A DNA stretch of 63,763 nucleotides, counting the filler, from Octopus bimaculoides (Eukaryota), in NCBI RefSeq assembly GCF_001194135.2. It is 8 parts of 7 records of this genome, joined end to end, with 100 filler letters (N's around TTAATTAATTAA, not from the genome) between each part and the next. Parts side by side here need not be neighbours in the genome. Positions count along the whole stretch, not along the records: positions 1 to 14,139 come from NC_068997.1; positions 14,240 to 25,969 come from NC_068985.1; 6 more parts are not named here. The stretch is one strand, 5' to 3'. Below the pieces are notes generated by a model, which saw only the letters and a program-made list of their open reading frames with translations, had not been told where the DNA came from and ran no database searches. Position 1 is the first letter of the stretch, and each line of letters opens with the position of its first letter. Shown here in pieces: positions 13,556 through 26,069 of this stretch. The translations under genes were made by a program, and so were the position numbers.

Positions 13556-14094
13556 AATCACCAAATTGTCTTAGTAGATCTAATATTTAGTTCATCAATC
13601 TTGGAGAAAGAGGAAAATGGTTGAGTTGATCCAGATAAGATTTGAAGCAGACATCTATCCACAGGCAACATAAGACTAGAATAGAATACCTGTACTGTTG
13701 CTATATACTGTTGTGTATAGAATGCAGCATCACAGACATTGGAAGTAGTTACAGATAAGATCTTCAATGTCAAATACATAAAATGAACACAAGTTAACCC
13801 AGACAGGTATTTAAAGAAAGTGAACAGACTTTGTTTATTACTATATAAACAACTGGCCTCACTGTGTTATGTAGGCGTGGTTGTGTTGTAAGAAGCTTGC
13901 TTCTAAGCCACATGGTTTCGGGTTCAGTCCCACTGCGTGGCACCTTGGAAAAATGTCTTCTACTATAGCCATGGGCAGACCAAAGTCTTGTGAGTGGATT
14001 TGGTAGACAGAGACTGAAAGAAACCCATCATACACACACACACATATATTTTTTTCATTTTATCTAGTTTCAGCTCTTGAGCTGGGGCACCGCC

Positions 14095-14139
<45 letters not shown>

Positions 14140-14183
14140 NNNNNNNNNNNNNNNNNNNNNNNNNNNNNNNNNNNNNNNNNNNN

Positions 14184-14195
14184 TTAATTAATTAA
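14184..14195. other. Artificial scaffolding linker TTAATTAATTAA within N-gaps (also at 26014, 41013, 54390, 58689, 60573 and 62132)
   Basis: An identical 12-mer centred in N-runs seven times; it contains stop codons in all six frames. Confidence 0.9.
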
Positions 14196-14239
14196 NNNNN
14201 NNNNNNNNNNNNNNNNNNNNNNNNNNNNNNNNNNNNNNN

Positions 14240-14625
14240 CCTGGGCCTACCTCTTCCACGGGTTCCCTCAACTGTTAGGGTGTGGCACTTTTTCACGCAG
14301 CTATCCTCCTCCATTCTCACCACATGTCCATACCAGCGCAATAGTCTCTCTTGCACGCCACAACTGATGCTTCTAATGTTCAGCTTTTCTCTCAAGATAC
14401 TTACACTCTGACGGGTATTCACATTGACATTACACATCCAACGGAGCATACTGGCTTCATTCCTTGCGAGCTTACGTATGTCCTCAGCAGTTACAGCCCA
14501 TGTTTCACTGCCATGAAGCATGGCTGTTCGTACACATGCGTCATACAGTCTGCCTTTTACTCTGAGTGAGAGTCCCTTTGTCGCCAGCAGGGGTAAGAGC
14601 TCTCTAAACTTTGACCAGGCTATTC
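14240..14625 (-). mobile_element. RTE-clade LINE ORF2 C-terminal fragment (young, open frame)
   Basis: Contains IAWSKFRELLPLL..GRLYDACVRTAMLHGSETW..LRWYGHVVRM..GTRGRGRPR; runs into a gap. Confidence 0.9.
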
Positions 14626-15329
14626 TATTCTCTGATGTGTCAAATAAAAAAGGAAAGAAGTCTTTTCATGGACCATTTCATGGTTTGTTGACTGCTCTTC
14701 AGAAAATACATGCTGATTTCCTTTCCCAACCAGTAGTATAGATCTCCGGCAATATAAAGCAGCTGCAAATTATGTCGGCATTGTGGTAAATAGCTCCATT
14801 TGTATATTTGTGTGTTCAATGGCTTTTTACTAATTTAAACAATAACCATTTTTTGCATAACAACACATAAATCAGAATAACTGAAATATGTTTAAATGTT
14901 TTGAAAACTTCACTGTTTTGTGAAATAAGAATGTAAACACAGTCTTTCTATATTATTGATGTGTGGAAAAAGAAGAGGAAGAGAGTCATCTGACTGGCTG
15001 TTTCATGGTTTGTGGATTATTTCTCTGAGAAAATGAACCCAGGTTACCTCCCTAAGGAATAGCATAAATCAGGAAATCACATACAGGCTAACAAATAAGA
15101 TATATTTGACATGTAACAGGTGTACGAGATCAATAAGCACTAAGAGCTCTCAGGAAATAAATTCTCTCAGAGGGTTCCCTAGAATTAGTTGAAAGTTTTT
15201 GTTACCAAATTGCTTAAGTAGCAGTGGGTGCAGGCATTCTGAAAATGTAGGAACAAGAATAAGAACAGTTGGGGAAACAACAAAGGGCTTCTTCTTCAAA
15301 GTCAAGGGCTCATAGCAAAATGGTTGTGT

Positions 15330-15700
15330 GTGAAGTGCATGGGTCTTAAATACAGAGGACCTGTGAAGACTAGAAAAAGAGGATGAAAGCATGCTTTGTT
15401 GGATGTGCCATGCTAGTGTGCATGAATGATGAAGTATAAATGAACTGAAAGACAAACTGAATATGAGGGGAATCAGATATAGCATGCAAAAGAGAAACCT
15501 GTAATAGTATAGGCATGTGATGCAAATAGAAAATGATTGTTGCACAAGGAAGTATTGAGTGCTCAAAATTAATGTCACTAGTAGAAGATAGGAGACTGAA
15601 AAATGCATGGGGTGAAGTGGTGAAAAATGATATCAAGATATGAGGGTGGACTGAAAAGTTCAAAGGCTGACTGTGAAAGAGTGATGCTAGAGCTGTGAAA
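15330..15700 (+). mobile_element. Decayed RTE ORF2 3' end
   Basis: Decayed homologue of 14240-14520 (SMLCWMC..ELKDKLNMRGI..). Confidence 0.6.
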
Positions 15701-15816
15701 TCTTGCATGCATTCATTTCAACGCTTCTTATTAATAACTGCATTCTTTCTTTCCGGATAACTTCTGACTGTTCAAAGAAGACTTCAAAAGTAAACTAGTA
15801 GTGACTTCTTGTGAAT

Positions 15817-16852
15817 TTGGATAAAATTTAGCATTGTAGTGTTATCAAGTACATGTAGAAAAAGGGTTTAGCCCCCAAGGACATTAATGCTGACATGGTT
15901 GCTACATTAAGGGATGACACTCTGGCTTTATCAACAGTGCAAAAGTGGGCAGCTGAATTTAGGAGGGGAAAGGAGAGTCTAGTAGATGACCCAGGTCTGG
16001 ATGATCTGCAACAGTCATCATTGACAGAAACATTGAACGTGTTCACCACATGGTGATGAATGACAGACAAATGACTATAAATCAAATAGCCAATGCTGTT
16101 AGTGTATCTCATGAGTGTTGAGAATATTCTGCACAATGAACTTGGCATGACAAGGGTTTCTACTCAGGGGTGCATGTCTTCTGACACCTGATTAAAAGCA
16201 CACCAGGCTGATCACATCACGGGGAAATCTGAAATTGTTTCAGGCAGATCCAGCTGGTTTCCTTGAATGTTTCTTAAACCTGATGAGTTTTGGGCTCATC
16301 ACTTTCATCAGGAGACAAAGAGACAATCTATACAGTGGAGACACCCCTCTTCACCTTCTTCAAAGAAGTTCACGGTCATTTCATCTACAGGGAAGGTGAT
16401 GGCCTTAGTTTTTTGGAATGCAAAGGCATTGTGTTTATTGACTATCTTCAAAAGTCACACCATCAATGAAGAGCACTATGTCAACTTGCTGAGGCAGTTA
16501 TGAAAGGCTATCAAGACCAAATACCCAGGGATACTGACAAAATGGGTCTTGTTTCACGAGTACAATACTCCAGCTCACAAGTCTGTGGCTTCAATGTCTG
16601 CTGTGCACGGCTGCAGCTTTGAACTGGTTGATCAGCTTCCCTGTTCTCCTGATTTGGTCCCATCTGACTATCATCTGTTACCCAATATGTAAAAACACTT
16701 AGCTGGAAAGTAGTATCACAGTGATAATGATGTCATATCTGCTGTTGATGATTTTTCTGACCAAGCGGATGAAAGCTTCTCCACCATTAGGATCCAAACA
16801 TTGTAATACTGTTGGAAGAAGTGTGTGGACCGCAAAGGTGACTATGTTGAGA
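15817..16852 (+). pseudogene. Decayed mariner (DD34D-type) transposase
   Basis: Recognisable motifs STVQKWAAEFRRGKESLVDD, PDEFWAHHFHQETKRQSIQW, GKVMALVFWNAK, FHEYNTPAH, PCSPDLVPSDYHL and WKKCVDRKGDYVE. Multiple stops and frameshifts; TIRs not seen. Confidence 0.9.
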
Positions 16853-17289
16853 ACATTTCAACTGTCCCTTGTATGATGAAGAAATAAATAGGGACCATGT
16901 CAACTGTTAACAGAAGAACCAACCTCTCATACAAGCCTAACAAAATACCTGTTGAAATAGTAGGATGGTGTACCCATTTCTCTACCATATAATGGATGCA
17001 TCCTACGCCCCCTGATTATTACCTATTTTATACCTTTACATTCCCCACCATCTTCTCTGTTACTTGCCGAATGTGTTCTTTGTCCCCTCTTCTCCCCATC
17101 ACTTCTTCTATTCACTGTATTATTCTACTCAATTGAGAGGAAAGCACTTGGTTTGTGCTTACTGAATATCTCCATATCCCTCTCCCATACTTTTATTACT
17201 TATCCCCTGCTACCTCTCCTTCCACTATTTTCACAAATCATAATGCATGAGTAGGGTAGGATTGCATTCTGGCAACCTTTATCTACCTT

Positions 17290-17460
17290 GTCTGAGTCTG
17301 CTGTAACCATGCACTCTTGGAGGATATACTTTAGCTCCTCATCATCATCTTATTGGAAGGTATTATTTGGCCAAATGTGAGATATTATGGTTTCTAGGAT
17401 TATGGGTGGCTACAAATGGAATATTTAGGTTTTATTTTTGTCTGGCACTTTATTACTACC
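17290..17460 (-). mobile_element. Probable Penelope-like element relic
   Basis: NIPFVATHNPRNHNISH..YLPI..DDEELKYILQ resembles the linker between RT and GIY-YIG in PLEs. Confidence 0.5.
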
Positions 17461-20400
17461 ATATTTACCTCCCTTTGTGCCACCACTCCAAGCACTCCAC
17501 ATCCACTCAAGGTAGTCACAAATCTCCTCCATAACAATAAATCACTTCTTGCTCCTTTCATCATAGTTTAACCTTTTAACACCCAGCATAAACAAGTACT
17601 GTCTCCCATTCTCCCACTCAGTTGAGGGGTATCTTTACTATTGTGAGTTACAAGATGATCTCACTAGGGCTAGTGCTAGAAGATTTTTTTTTAAAAGCCA
17701 GTACTCTCTGTAAAGCAGTTGCCATTAGGAAGGGCATCAAGCCATAGAAACCATGCCAAAATTGAGACATGGGAGCAAGGTGCAGCCCTCCTGTCAAACA
17801 TCCAGCTTATGTAAGTATGGAAAATAAATATAAAAAGATGATGCAACTGCCATTAAGCAATCTCTCACTCTCCTACAACTCCACTCAGCCGAGGGGAGCT
17901 TCTTCTTTTTCCTTTGTCTTGTGCCTTCATTTATGCCAGCCTCATGAAAAAAGCACAAAGTACATTCTATAGTGATTAGGAAGGGCACCAAGTCACAGAA
18001 ACCATGTCAAAGCAGACATTGGAACATGATGTCCTTTGGCTCGTTGGATCTTGTCAAATCATTATGAACGTTAAATGATGATGTATATATATCGTCATCA
18101 TCATCATAATCATCATTTAACGTCTGCTTTTCCATGCTTGCATGGGTCAGACAAAATTTGTTAGAGCAGATTTTCTACACCAGATGCCTTTCCTGTCACC
18201 AACACTCAATTATTTTCAGGTAAGGAAATATTTTCCATTGCCAGATATGTTTTTCACGGAAGATTCGAAATGAACAACATCGTTTATATGAAGTTGATGC
18301 TTGCTTACAACCATCAAATGATTTCAAGACAACAGTACACACGAACATGCACACAAACACATACGTATATAGATACATGACTGGCTTCTTTCTTTACGAA
18401 ATCCACTTGCCTAAGGCGCTTCGCAGTGAGACTGAACCTGAGACCACATGTTGGGAAACAAACTTCTTAACCATACAGCCACTCTTGCGCCTATTAAATG
18501 GTATTTCTCTATCACTGGATGGAGTACTTTTTTGTTTGTTGATCCTACTATTAACAGAACTGTATACACGCATATAAACACATTTACACCCACGCATGCA
18601 TGTATCATACTTGTGTGTGTGTGTATGCTCCTAATGGATATCTCTACGCTTGTATATCCATTTAATTCTCAAGTTGTAACTAACTCTTACTCTATACATA
18701 TATTCATGTATTATGCTTTAATCTGAATTCTTTCACGTACCCACTCACTTTTTTTTGTAATCCTTCCAACAGTACCATCTTTTTAAAAGGTTCAGTCTGT
18801 GGTTTTATTTACCTTTCTTCTGTTAAAAGCTAGTAGAGTTTTATTATTTTTCTAGAACCTTCTATATTGAACGTACCTGCTTTCAATCAACTCATTGTGT
18901 TACATATACTACGCTTTCTTTCTACTCTTACAAGGTTTTAAATATTTAACTACTAACTATTTTTTTTTTTATTAATGTGACATAGTTGACGTAGCACTAG
19001 ATTTGTCAGAATGTACTTCACAGTGATCAGGAATTTCAGTTAACAAAATTTTTAGTCACGTATTCAAACTTTACCTAAAGTGTTTGTAATATACATCTAT
19101 TAACATACACATACGTTTTAAGGGAGTGTTTTAAATCCTGATCACCGTGTTTATTACACGTGAACTGAGTCTACACATTTGTTTTCTGATGTAAATATTG
19201 ACGTCTAATTAGTGGATTTCATGTACATACATTAGATATCTGTTAATATTTACAGGTGATATATAGTTTATTCAAATGTGAATATACTCGTATACGTTTT
19301 TACTTTAGCTATATCTATTACACATACATTTAACGCATGTTAGTTGCAACTACCAAATCGCAAAGGCAGCATCAGTCGCCTACTTGTGTCTGTATTTTTA
19401 TTAACCAGTTTGTTTATATTTGAACATTTATTCGTTATTAAGCTTTTGAATACGATATATACATATAAGATGTTAGTAGCCATCTTGGGCTTCTTTTCCC
19501 CCTTTAATATTTGTTTTCTTTCAACGCTTGTCACTCCTTACTACAAGGACGACAACCTTACCAAGGATCGTCTATTACATCGTTGTCTTTTATCTAACTT
19601 CCTCGTCATTTGCTTCCGTTTGTCTCCACTCAAGTACACCTTGAGTACTTTGTTTGTTTAACATAGAGAAGAAAGCAAGCAGACGAGTAAGATGATAAAT
19701 TATAGAAAGACAGTACACCATCGATTATTATTTTCTTAACCTTAACTCAATTACCCGCCAAACTTAACTGTTTTTAGTTTCCATAGTAGTAGCAGCAGGT
19801 GCTTGAATAATTTCTTCGAAAGCGCGTCTATTAAAAAAATAAACAAAAAAGAAACGAAACAACACATTTCATTCATGTTCGCTTTATAATTGTCCATATT
19901 ATTCACTTTTTATTGCAGATGACGGAATTTATTCTAATTTCGTTGCTTCAAAATATGTTTATCGCGAACTGTTATTTCATTGTATCAGAATTTGAATATC
20001 CATTCAACAGAAGACACTGCTAAAATCTCTCTCATATGATAGTTCAGTAATTTAATATTTTCGTAAAAGAAATTAATTAAATTTTATCCAACTTCAGTCG
20101 TAGATTTATAACATTTATGTCCTTTAATGCTACAGCGTTTAATAAGCTTTAATTTCTCGACTTTATAAGAAAATAATGAAGAACTGCGACATACAAATAC
20201 CGATCGGTTGGCAGTTTTATTTATTTATTTATTTATTCGTCTGGGCTACTTCATAGTCAACGAGATATCCTTGAAATGTAAAACTGAAGTTGATGGGGAA
20301 AAATAGCTTCTTAAGCTACACTGATTTCCTAAAGTTTCGAAAGGAAAGTGTACATTAAGAAATGTTGAAAATACTGTTTAGTACCGTATCTCCGGAAACT

Positions 20401-21250
20401 GATAATAGAATTTTTGGTTGTTCTGCTATGAAATTCTGACAACTCTATATCCATTCGATATTTTGTTAATGATCTTCTATACATTGGGAATATTGTTGAT
20501 TATTTTTAAATGTAGCTGAGATAGGGCAATGTAATAGATTATATTTCTCAAAGCTAACCTGACATTTGATAAGATAATGCTGAAGACTGAAGGGATATTT
20601 CAGAACAAGTCAGCTAACCGCAGTGTACATTCTTTAATTTGAATGCGGTACACTTCAAGCAGTTTCTCACGCCTCACATAGAGATGAGTTTAGACACTAC
20701 AGTTATTGAATTTTCCCAAATTTTTCTCACATCATATTAATATAAATTTTTTTATAGGCATTGGTGAATGTTAAGAAAAACAAAATTCAGATATTAACCC
20801 AGATTTAGGAAACAACCGAAACGTATAGCTGGTTTTGAAGCAGATGATATTTCCCACATCATGTACTCATTATGTATTTCCTAATTCTTTTTTTTATGTA
20901 GTCATAGCATAATAATCTGAGTTTTCAGGTACACATTTTGAAGTTTCACTGGAAAATATAATTGGTGATAATTTTCGAAAGTAGATAAGTTTTTCAATAA
21001 AACAGTTGGCTAATTTGTTGAGAATCTTGTAAAACCAGGTTTTTTTTTACTCTTCTACTGGTTCTAGCCAGTTTGTTGTAGACATACTAAAGTTGTGCAA
21101 AGAACAAACTTGTTTCATTGAGGTAGAAGAGAAATTTTAAACAAGTATTGCCAGAAAGTTCTTACACTAAGTAAATCTGCATCCAATAAATTGGATTCCG
21201 AACAGAGAAAATAGTGGCTGTTGAAGATCTACTTTGCGCGTGCTTCCACG

Positions 21251-21346
<96 letters not shown>

Positions 21347-22859
21347 AATACACTTGTAGAGTTGAGATTAAAAAATGGGTATTAGAAGAATCAGATTTAT
21401 GATGCAAAAGTGAAGACTGCTTGTGCAGACAGGTAATGGTTTGGGAAGATAATTCAAGTAGAAGGGACCTGTGAAAGAGGGAAGACATGAGAAGTGGTGA
21501 ATTCTGATGAGGAGTTTTTCACTTCACTAAAAGGAATGACAAAGGACCATACCAAGTGGTGTGTTGCTGTGCTGGAGAAGACTTGTCCAACTCATGTATA
21601 GAAAAATGAGTGCAAATTAATGATGATGCAGACAGATATGCCTGTGTTGCAGAGGCATCCAAGCATATGACAAACACAGGTGATGTATTTGCCTAGATGG
21701 TTTGCATGTTTATTCACACTCTGCTCTTCATTAAATATTGGATTTTCATTAGATATGAAGATAAATATCTGTTAATGTCAATGAGTGTGTACAGGCAGAC
21801 CAAACAGCTGTCTTATAAGCATTATAAGTGGCAAAGCAATACACTGGGCTACATGCACAGCCACAACATATATAGATTAATATTGGGTCCTCTACACCCA
21901 GATAACTGTCCAATGTGCTCATGCTTTAAAACAATTCTGAAATTAAGATATATTGATCAGAAATTATTTCAACATGTTAGGTTTTTTTTTTGTGTGTGTG
22001 GTATTAGAAATCAAATGGCTAAATGAATATGATTTAGACTACTATCTTATATATCATACACCTTTCTGTTAATGGCTCAAGGCCAGAAATTTTGGGGGAG
22101 GTAGCTAGTCAATTTCGTTCACCCCAGTGGTTGAGTGGTACTTATTTTATCAACCCCAAAAGGATGAAAGGCAAAATTGACCTTGGCGGAATTTGAACAC
22201 AGAACATAAAGATGGACAAAATGCTGTTAAACATTTTGTCTAGTGTGTTACCAATTCTGCCAGCTCGACACCTTTGCTTGTATGTCATATTAAGATCTTT
22301 TACAAGTATTTTTATTAGAATATTAACCCTATACTATATCTGTCAGTTGAATAGTTACTAGATCTGGGATTGTTATTCGAAATAGACTGGCACTGAATAC
22401 TGAGAAAGATATGTCTCTCACTCTCTTAATGTATGAAATCAATGCAAAGAGGAAAAGATATATTGCATAAGGTGGTTCTAGACATGCTCTTAAAAAAAAA
22501 GACTGAACCTAACTCAAGAACAACAATGGCCATCCCTTAAAAGCTCTGATGTTCAGGAAATATTTTTTAAACTTCTTACCAGCTCATAGATGTTGAGATC
22601 AAATAAATACATTCTAATAAATACATTTTAATGTATATTTAGGTCCTTCACTTAAATACTATACATCTCAGTGCCATCCAGTCGTAAGGAACAGATAACA
22701 CAGCATCTAGAAATATTACTTGGGATAAAGTGTTTTCAGTGTAATGCTATAAAATTTTACCTAATCACCACCTCTTAAAATGCCTAGGTGGCAACTGGAA
22801 GTATTCACATATTAATTTATTCTGTGTAATCTACATTTTGTAATACTGCATAGTACCAC

Positions 22860-23280
22860 ATAAAAAAAGCACTGTTGCTGGTGCTACATAAAAAGCACTG
22901 TTGCTGGTGCTACATAAAAAGCACTGTGCTGGTGCCATGTAAAAGGCACTGGTACAGGTGCTGGTACCACATAAATAGTATTGATGCTGGTGCTATGTAA
23001 AAAGCACCGGTGTTGGTGCCATGTAAAAAGCACTGGTGTTGATGTGACATAAAAGGCACTAGTACTGGTGCCATGTAAAGAACACTGGTGTTGGTGTCAC
23101 ATAAAAAGCACCCAGTACACATTTTAAAGTGGTTGGCATTAGGAAAGGCATTCAGCTGTAGAAACCAAGCCAAAACAGACAATATGAAACCTGGAGGGGG
23201 GGGGGCTTGGCTTTGCTAGTTCCTGTGAAGCTGTCCAATCCATGCCAGCATGGAAAACAGACGTTAAATGTTGATGATGA
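22860..23280 (+). mobile_element. RTE 3' UTR copy with internal tandem repeats of about 23-26 bp
   Basis: Repeated AAAAAGCACTG(T)TGCTGGTGC(T/C)A(C/T) units, followed by GGCATTAGGAAAGGCATTCAGCTGTAG and a GAT tail. Confidence 0.7.
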
Positions 23281-23444
23281 TAGCTGCAGGCATGGTGGTT
23301 TGCTTTCCAACCACATGATTCTGGGTTCACTCCTGCTGTGTGGCACTTTGGGCAAGTGTCTTCTACTATAGCATCAGGCCGGATGAAAGCCTTGTGAGTG
23401 GATTTGGTAGGCAGAAACTGAAAGAAGCGCATCGTGTGTATGTA

Positions 23445-24793
23445 TCATCATCATCATCATCGTCGTTTAACGTCCGCTTTCCATGCTAGCATGGGTTGGA
23501 CGATTTGACTGAGGACTGGTGAAACCGGATGGCAACACCAGGCTCCAATCTAATTTGGCAGAGTTTCTACAGCTGGATGCCCTTCCTAACGCCAACCACT
23601 CAGAGAGTGTAGTGGGTGCTTTTACGTGTCACTCGCAGGAAAACGGCCACGCTCGAAATGGTGTCTTTTATGTGCCACCCGCACAAGCCAGTCCAGGGGC
23701 ACTGGCAACGATCTCACTCGAAAATCCTANNNNNNNNNNNNNNNNNNNNNNNNNNNNNNNNNNNNNNNNNNNNNNNNNNNNNNNNNNNNNNNNNNNNNNN
23801 NNNNNNNNNNNNNNNNNNNNNNNNNNNNNNNNNNNNNNNNNNNNNNNNNNNNNNNNNNNNNNNNNNNNNNNNNNNNNNNNNNNNNNNNNNNNNNNNNNNN
23901 NNNNNNNNNNNNNNNNNNNNNNNNNNNNNNNNNNNNNNNNNNNNNNNNNNNNNNNNNNNNNNNNNNNNNNNNNNNNNNNNNNNNNNNNNNNNNNNNNNNN
24001 NNNNNNNNNNNNNNNNNNNNNNNNNNNNNNNNNNNNNNNNNNNNNNNNNNNNNNNNNNNNNNNNNNNNNNNNNNNNNNNNNNNNNNNNNNNNNNNNNNNN
24101 NNNNNNNNNNNNNNNNNNNNNNNNNNNNNNNNNNNNNNNNNNNNNNNNNNNNNNNNNNNNNNNNNNNNNNNNNNNNNNNNNNNNNNNNNNNNNNNNNNNN
24201 NNNNNNNNNNNNNNNNNNNNNNNNNNNNNNNNNNNNNNNNNNNNNNNNNNNNNNNNNNNNNNNNNNNNNNNNNNNNNNNNNNNNNNNNNNNNNNNNNNNN
24301 NNNNNNNNNNNNNNNNNNNNNNNNNNNNNNNNNNNNNNNNNNNNNNNNNNNNNNNNNNNNNNNNNNNNNNNNNNNNNNNNNNNNNNNNNNNNNNNNNNNN
24401 NNNNNNNNNNNNNNNNNNNNNNNNNNNNNNNNNNNNNNNNNNNNNNNNNNNNNNNNNNNNNNNNNNNNNNNNNNNNNNNNNNNNNNNNNNNNNNNNNNNN
24501 NNNNNNNNNNNNNNNNNNNNNNNNNNNNNNNNNNNNNNNNNNNNNNNNNNNNNNNNNNNNNNNNNNNNNNNNNNNNNNNNNNNNNNNNNNNNNNNNNNNN
24601 NNNNNNNNNNNNNNNNNNNNNNNNNNNNNNNNNNNNNNCCTACTCCTTTTCTACATACTGAGCAGGGCCATCTACCTGAAGGGGTTTGTGTTTTATCTAC
24701 CTTCCTACTTATTAGGATTTTGGTTTTAGCTAGGTTGACTCTAAGGCCCTTCAATTCTAGACCTTGCTTCCACACCTGAAACTTCTCCTCTAG

Positions 24794-24795
<2 letters not shown>
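23445..24795 (-). mobile_element. Young 5'-truncated RTE-clade LINE spanning a gap of about 0.9 kb
   Basis: ORF2 piece WKQGLELKGLRVNLAKTK..GRWPCSVCRKGV at 24640-24795. The 3' UTR with (GAT)n tail at 23445-23729 is nearly identical to 12700-12920. Confidence 0.8.
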
Positions 24796-24842
<47 letters not shown>

Positions 24843-25913
24843 AATATATATATATGTATGTATATCTATGTATGTGTGTCTGTGTTTGTCTCCCCCCCAT
24901 ACTGCTTAACAACTGGTGTGTTTATGTCTCCATAACTTAGCAGTTTGGCAAAAGAGAATGATAGACTAGGTACCAGGCTTTAAAAAAATAAAGTACTGGG
25001 GTCAATACATTTGACTCTAAACTCTTCAAGGTGATGTCCCAGCAAGGCTGCAGTCTACTGAATGAAACTAGTAAAAGATAACAGATAAAAGATACAATCA
25101 ACAATTTTGATAATCTTGACTGAAATGCACAGAACTTAGTGCATAGAAAACTGTAATCATATCACTAGATGTCAACAAATTTACTAAATCATCTTTTGGA
25201 ATAAATACACTTTAGAGGGAAATAGCTGAAAGGATAAGATTTTGGACTATTAACTTATAGGTCTCCAGGTAAACTTCATCCTACCCAGTAAATAAAGTAA
25301 AGCTAAGTACTAAATCTCATGAGCTCTTCAGGGCTTTGGAGCGATTTACATTAAATTTGCATATGCAAGCAAGTATACCTTCAGATATTATAGATACTGA
25401 GAGATAGAGTATAGAAATACTCACATTGACAAAACTTTGTCATACTAAAGGAATATATTGATACAAATTATTCATGCAAAGTAAATAGCAATAGCCTTCA
25501 TATGCTTGAATCAGTAATTGTGCTTAGCAAATCATTACATGAATAGACAGTGAAATTTGCCCATAGATAGATGCTAGCATTCCTCACCTGTTAATATGTG
25601 ATTGAGTGACATCACATATTCATTTCCAGAGGAAATATACACACCATATACATATTCTATAGATAAGTCACAACAAGAGTTCCATAATATTCCATTCTAC
25701 TAAGCTGCCAACTACACATTATATATTGCAATTCTTCTGCAAAGCATACATTCACAATCTTCACATTATTGCTGCTGGTTTGCTAAATAGACATAAGTGT
25801 GCCTACAACTGGTTTTGATTCTTTACTCAGTACTAATAAAGATTCTAAAAAACCAATCTGTGTGTGTATGCATATTGATATCTCTTTCTATCTTTCTATC
25901 TGTCTGGCAATAA

Positions 25914-25969
<56 letters not shown>

Positions 25970-26069
25970 NNNNNNNNNNNNNNNNNNNNNNNNNNNNNNN
26001 NNNNNNNNNNNNNTTAATTAATTAANNNNNNNNNNNNNNNNNNNNNNNNNNNNNNNNNNNNNNNNNNNN

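Noticed and set aside
13078-13590. Poly-Thr/Pro/Ala ORFs resembling a low-complexity transcription-factor exon
   Set aside because: Fully explained by trinucleotide microsatellites; no domain and no convincing splice sites.
13690-13761. Minus-strand 72-nt interval ending at CAG|gtattc, a possible second LRR exon
   Set aside because: AAG acceptor without a pyrimidine tract, a stop in the phase-2 frame and no LRR consensus.
20577-20640. MLKTEGIFQNKSAN, resembling a RhoGAP EGIFR motif
   Set aside because: The catalytic Arg is absent, the ORF is very short and there is no splice support.
22860-23110. Regularly spaced short repeats superficially like a CRISPR array
   Set aside because: Degenerate tandem units within a eukaryotic LINE UTR; no unique spacers or cas genes.
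23519-24779. Long ORFs of 330-390 aa (also at 38.9-40.1, 46.5-47.6 and 57.1-57.8 kb)
   Set aside because: They consist almost entirely of X residues from N-gaps.
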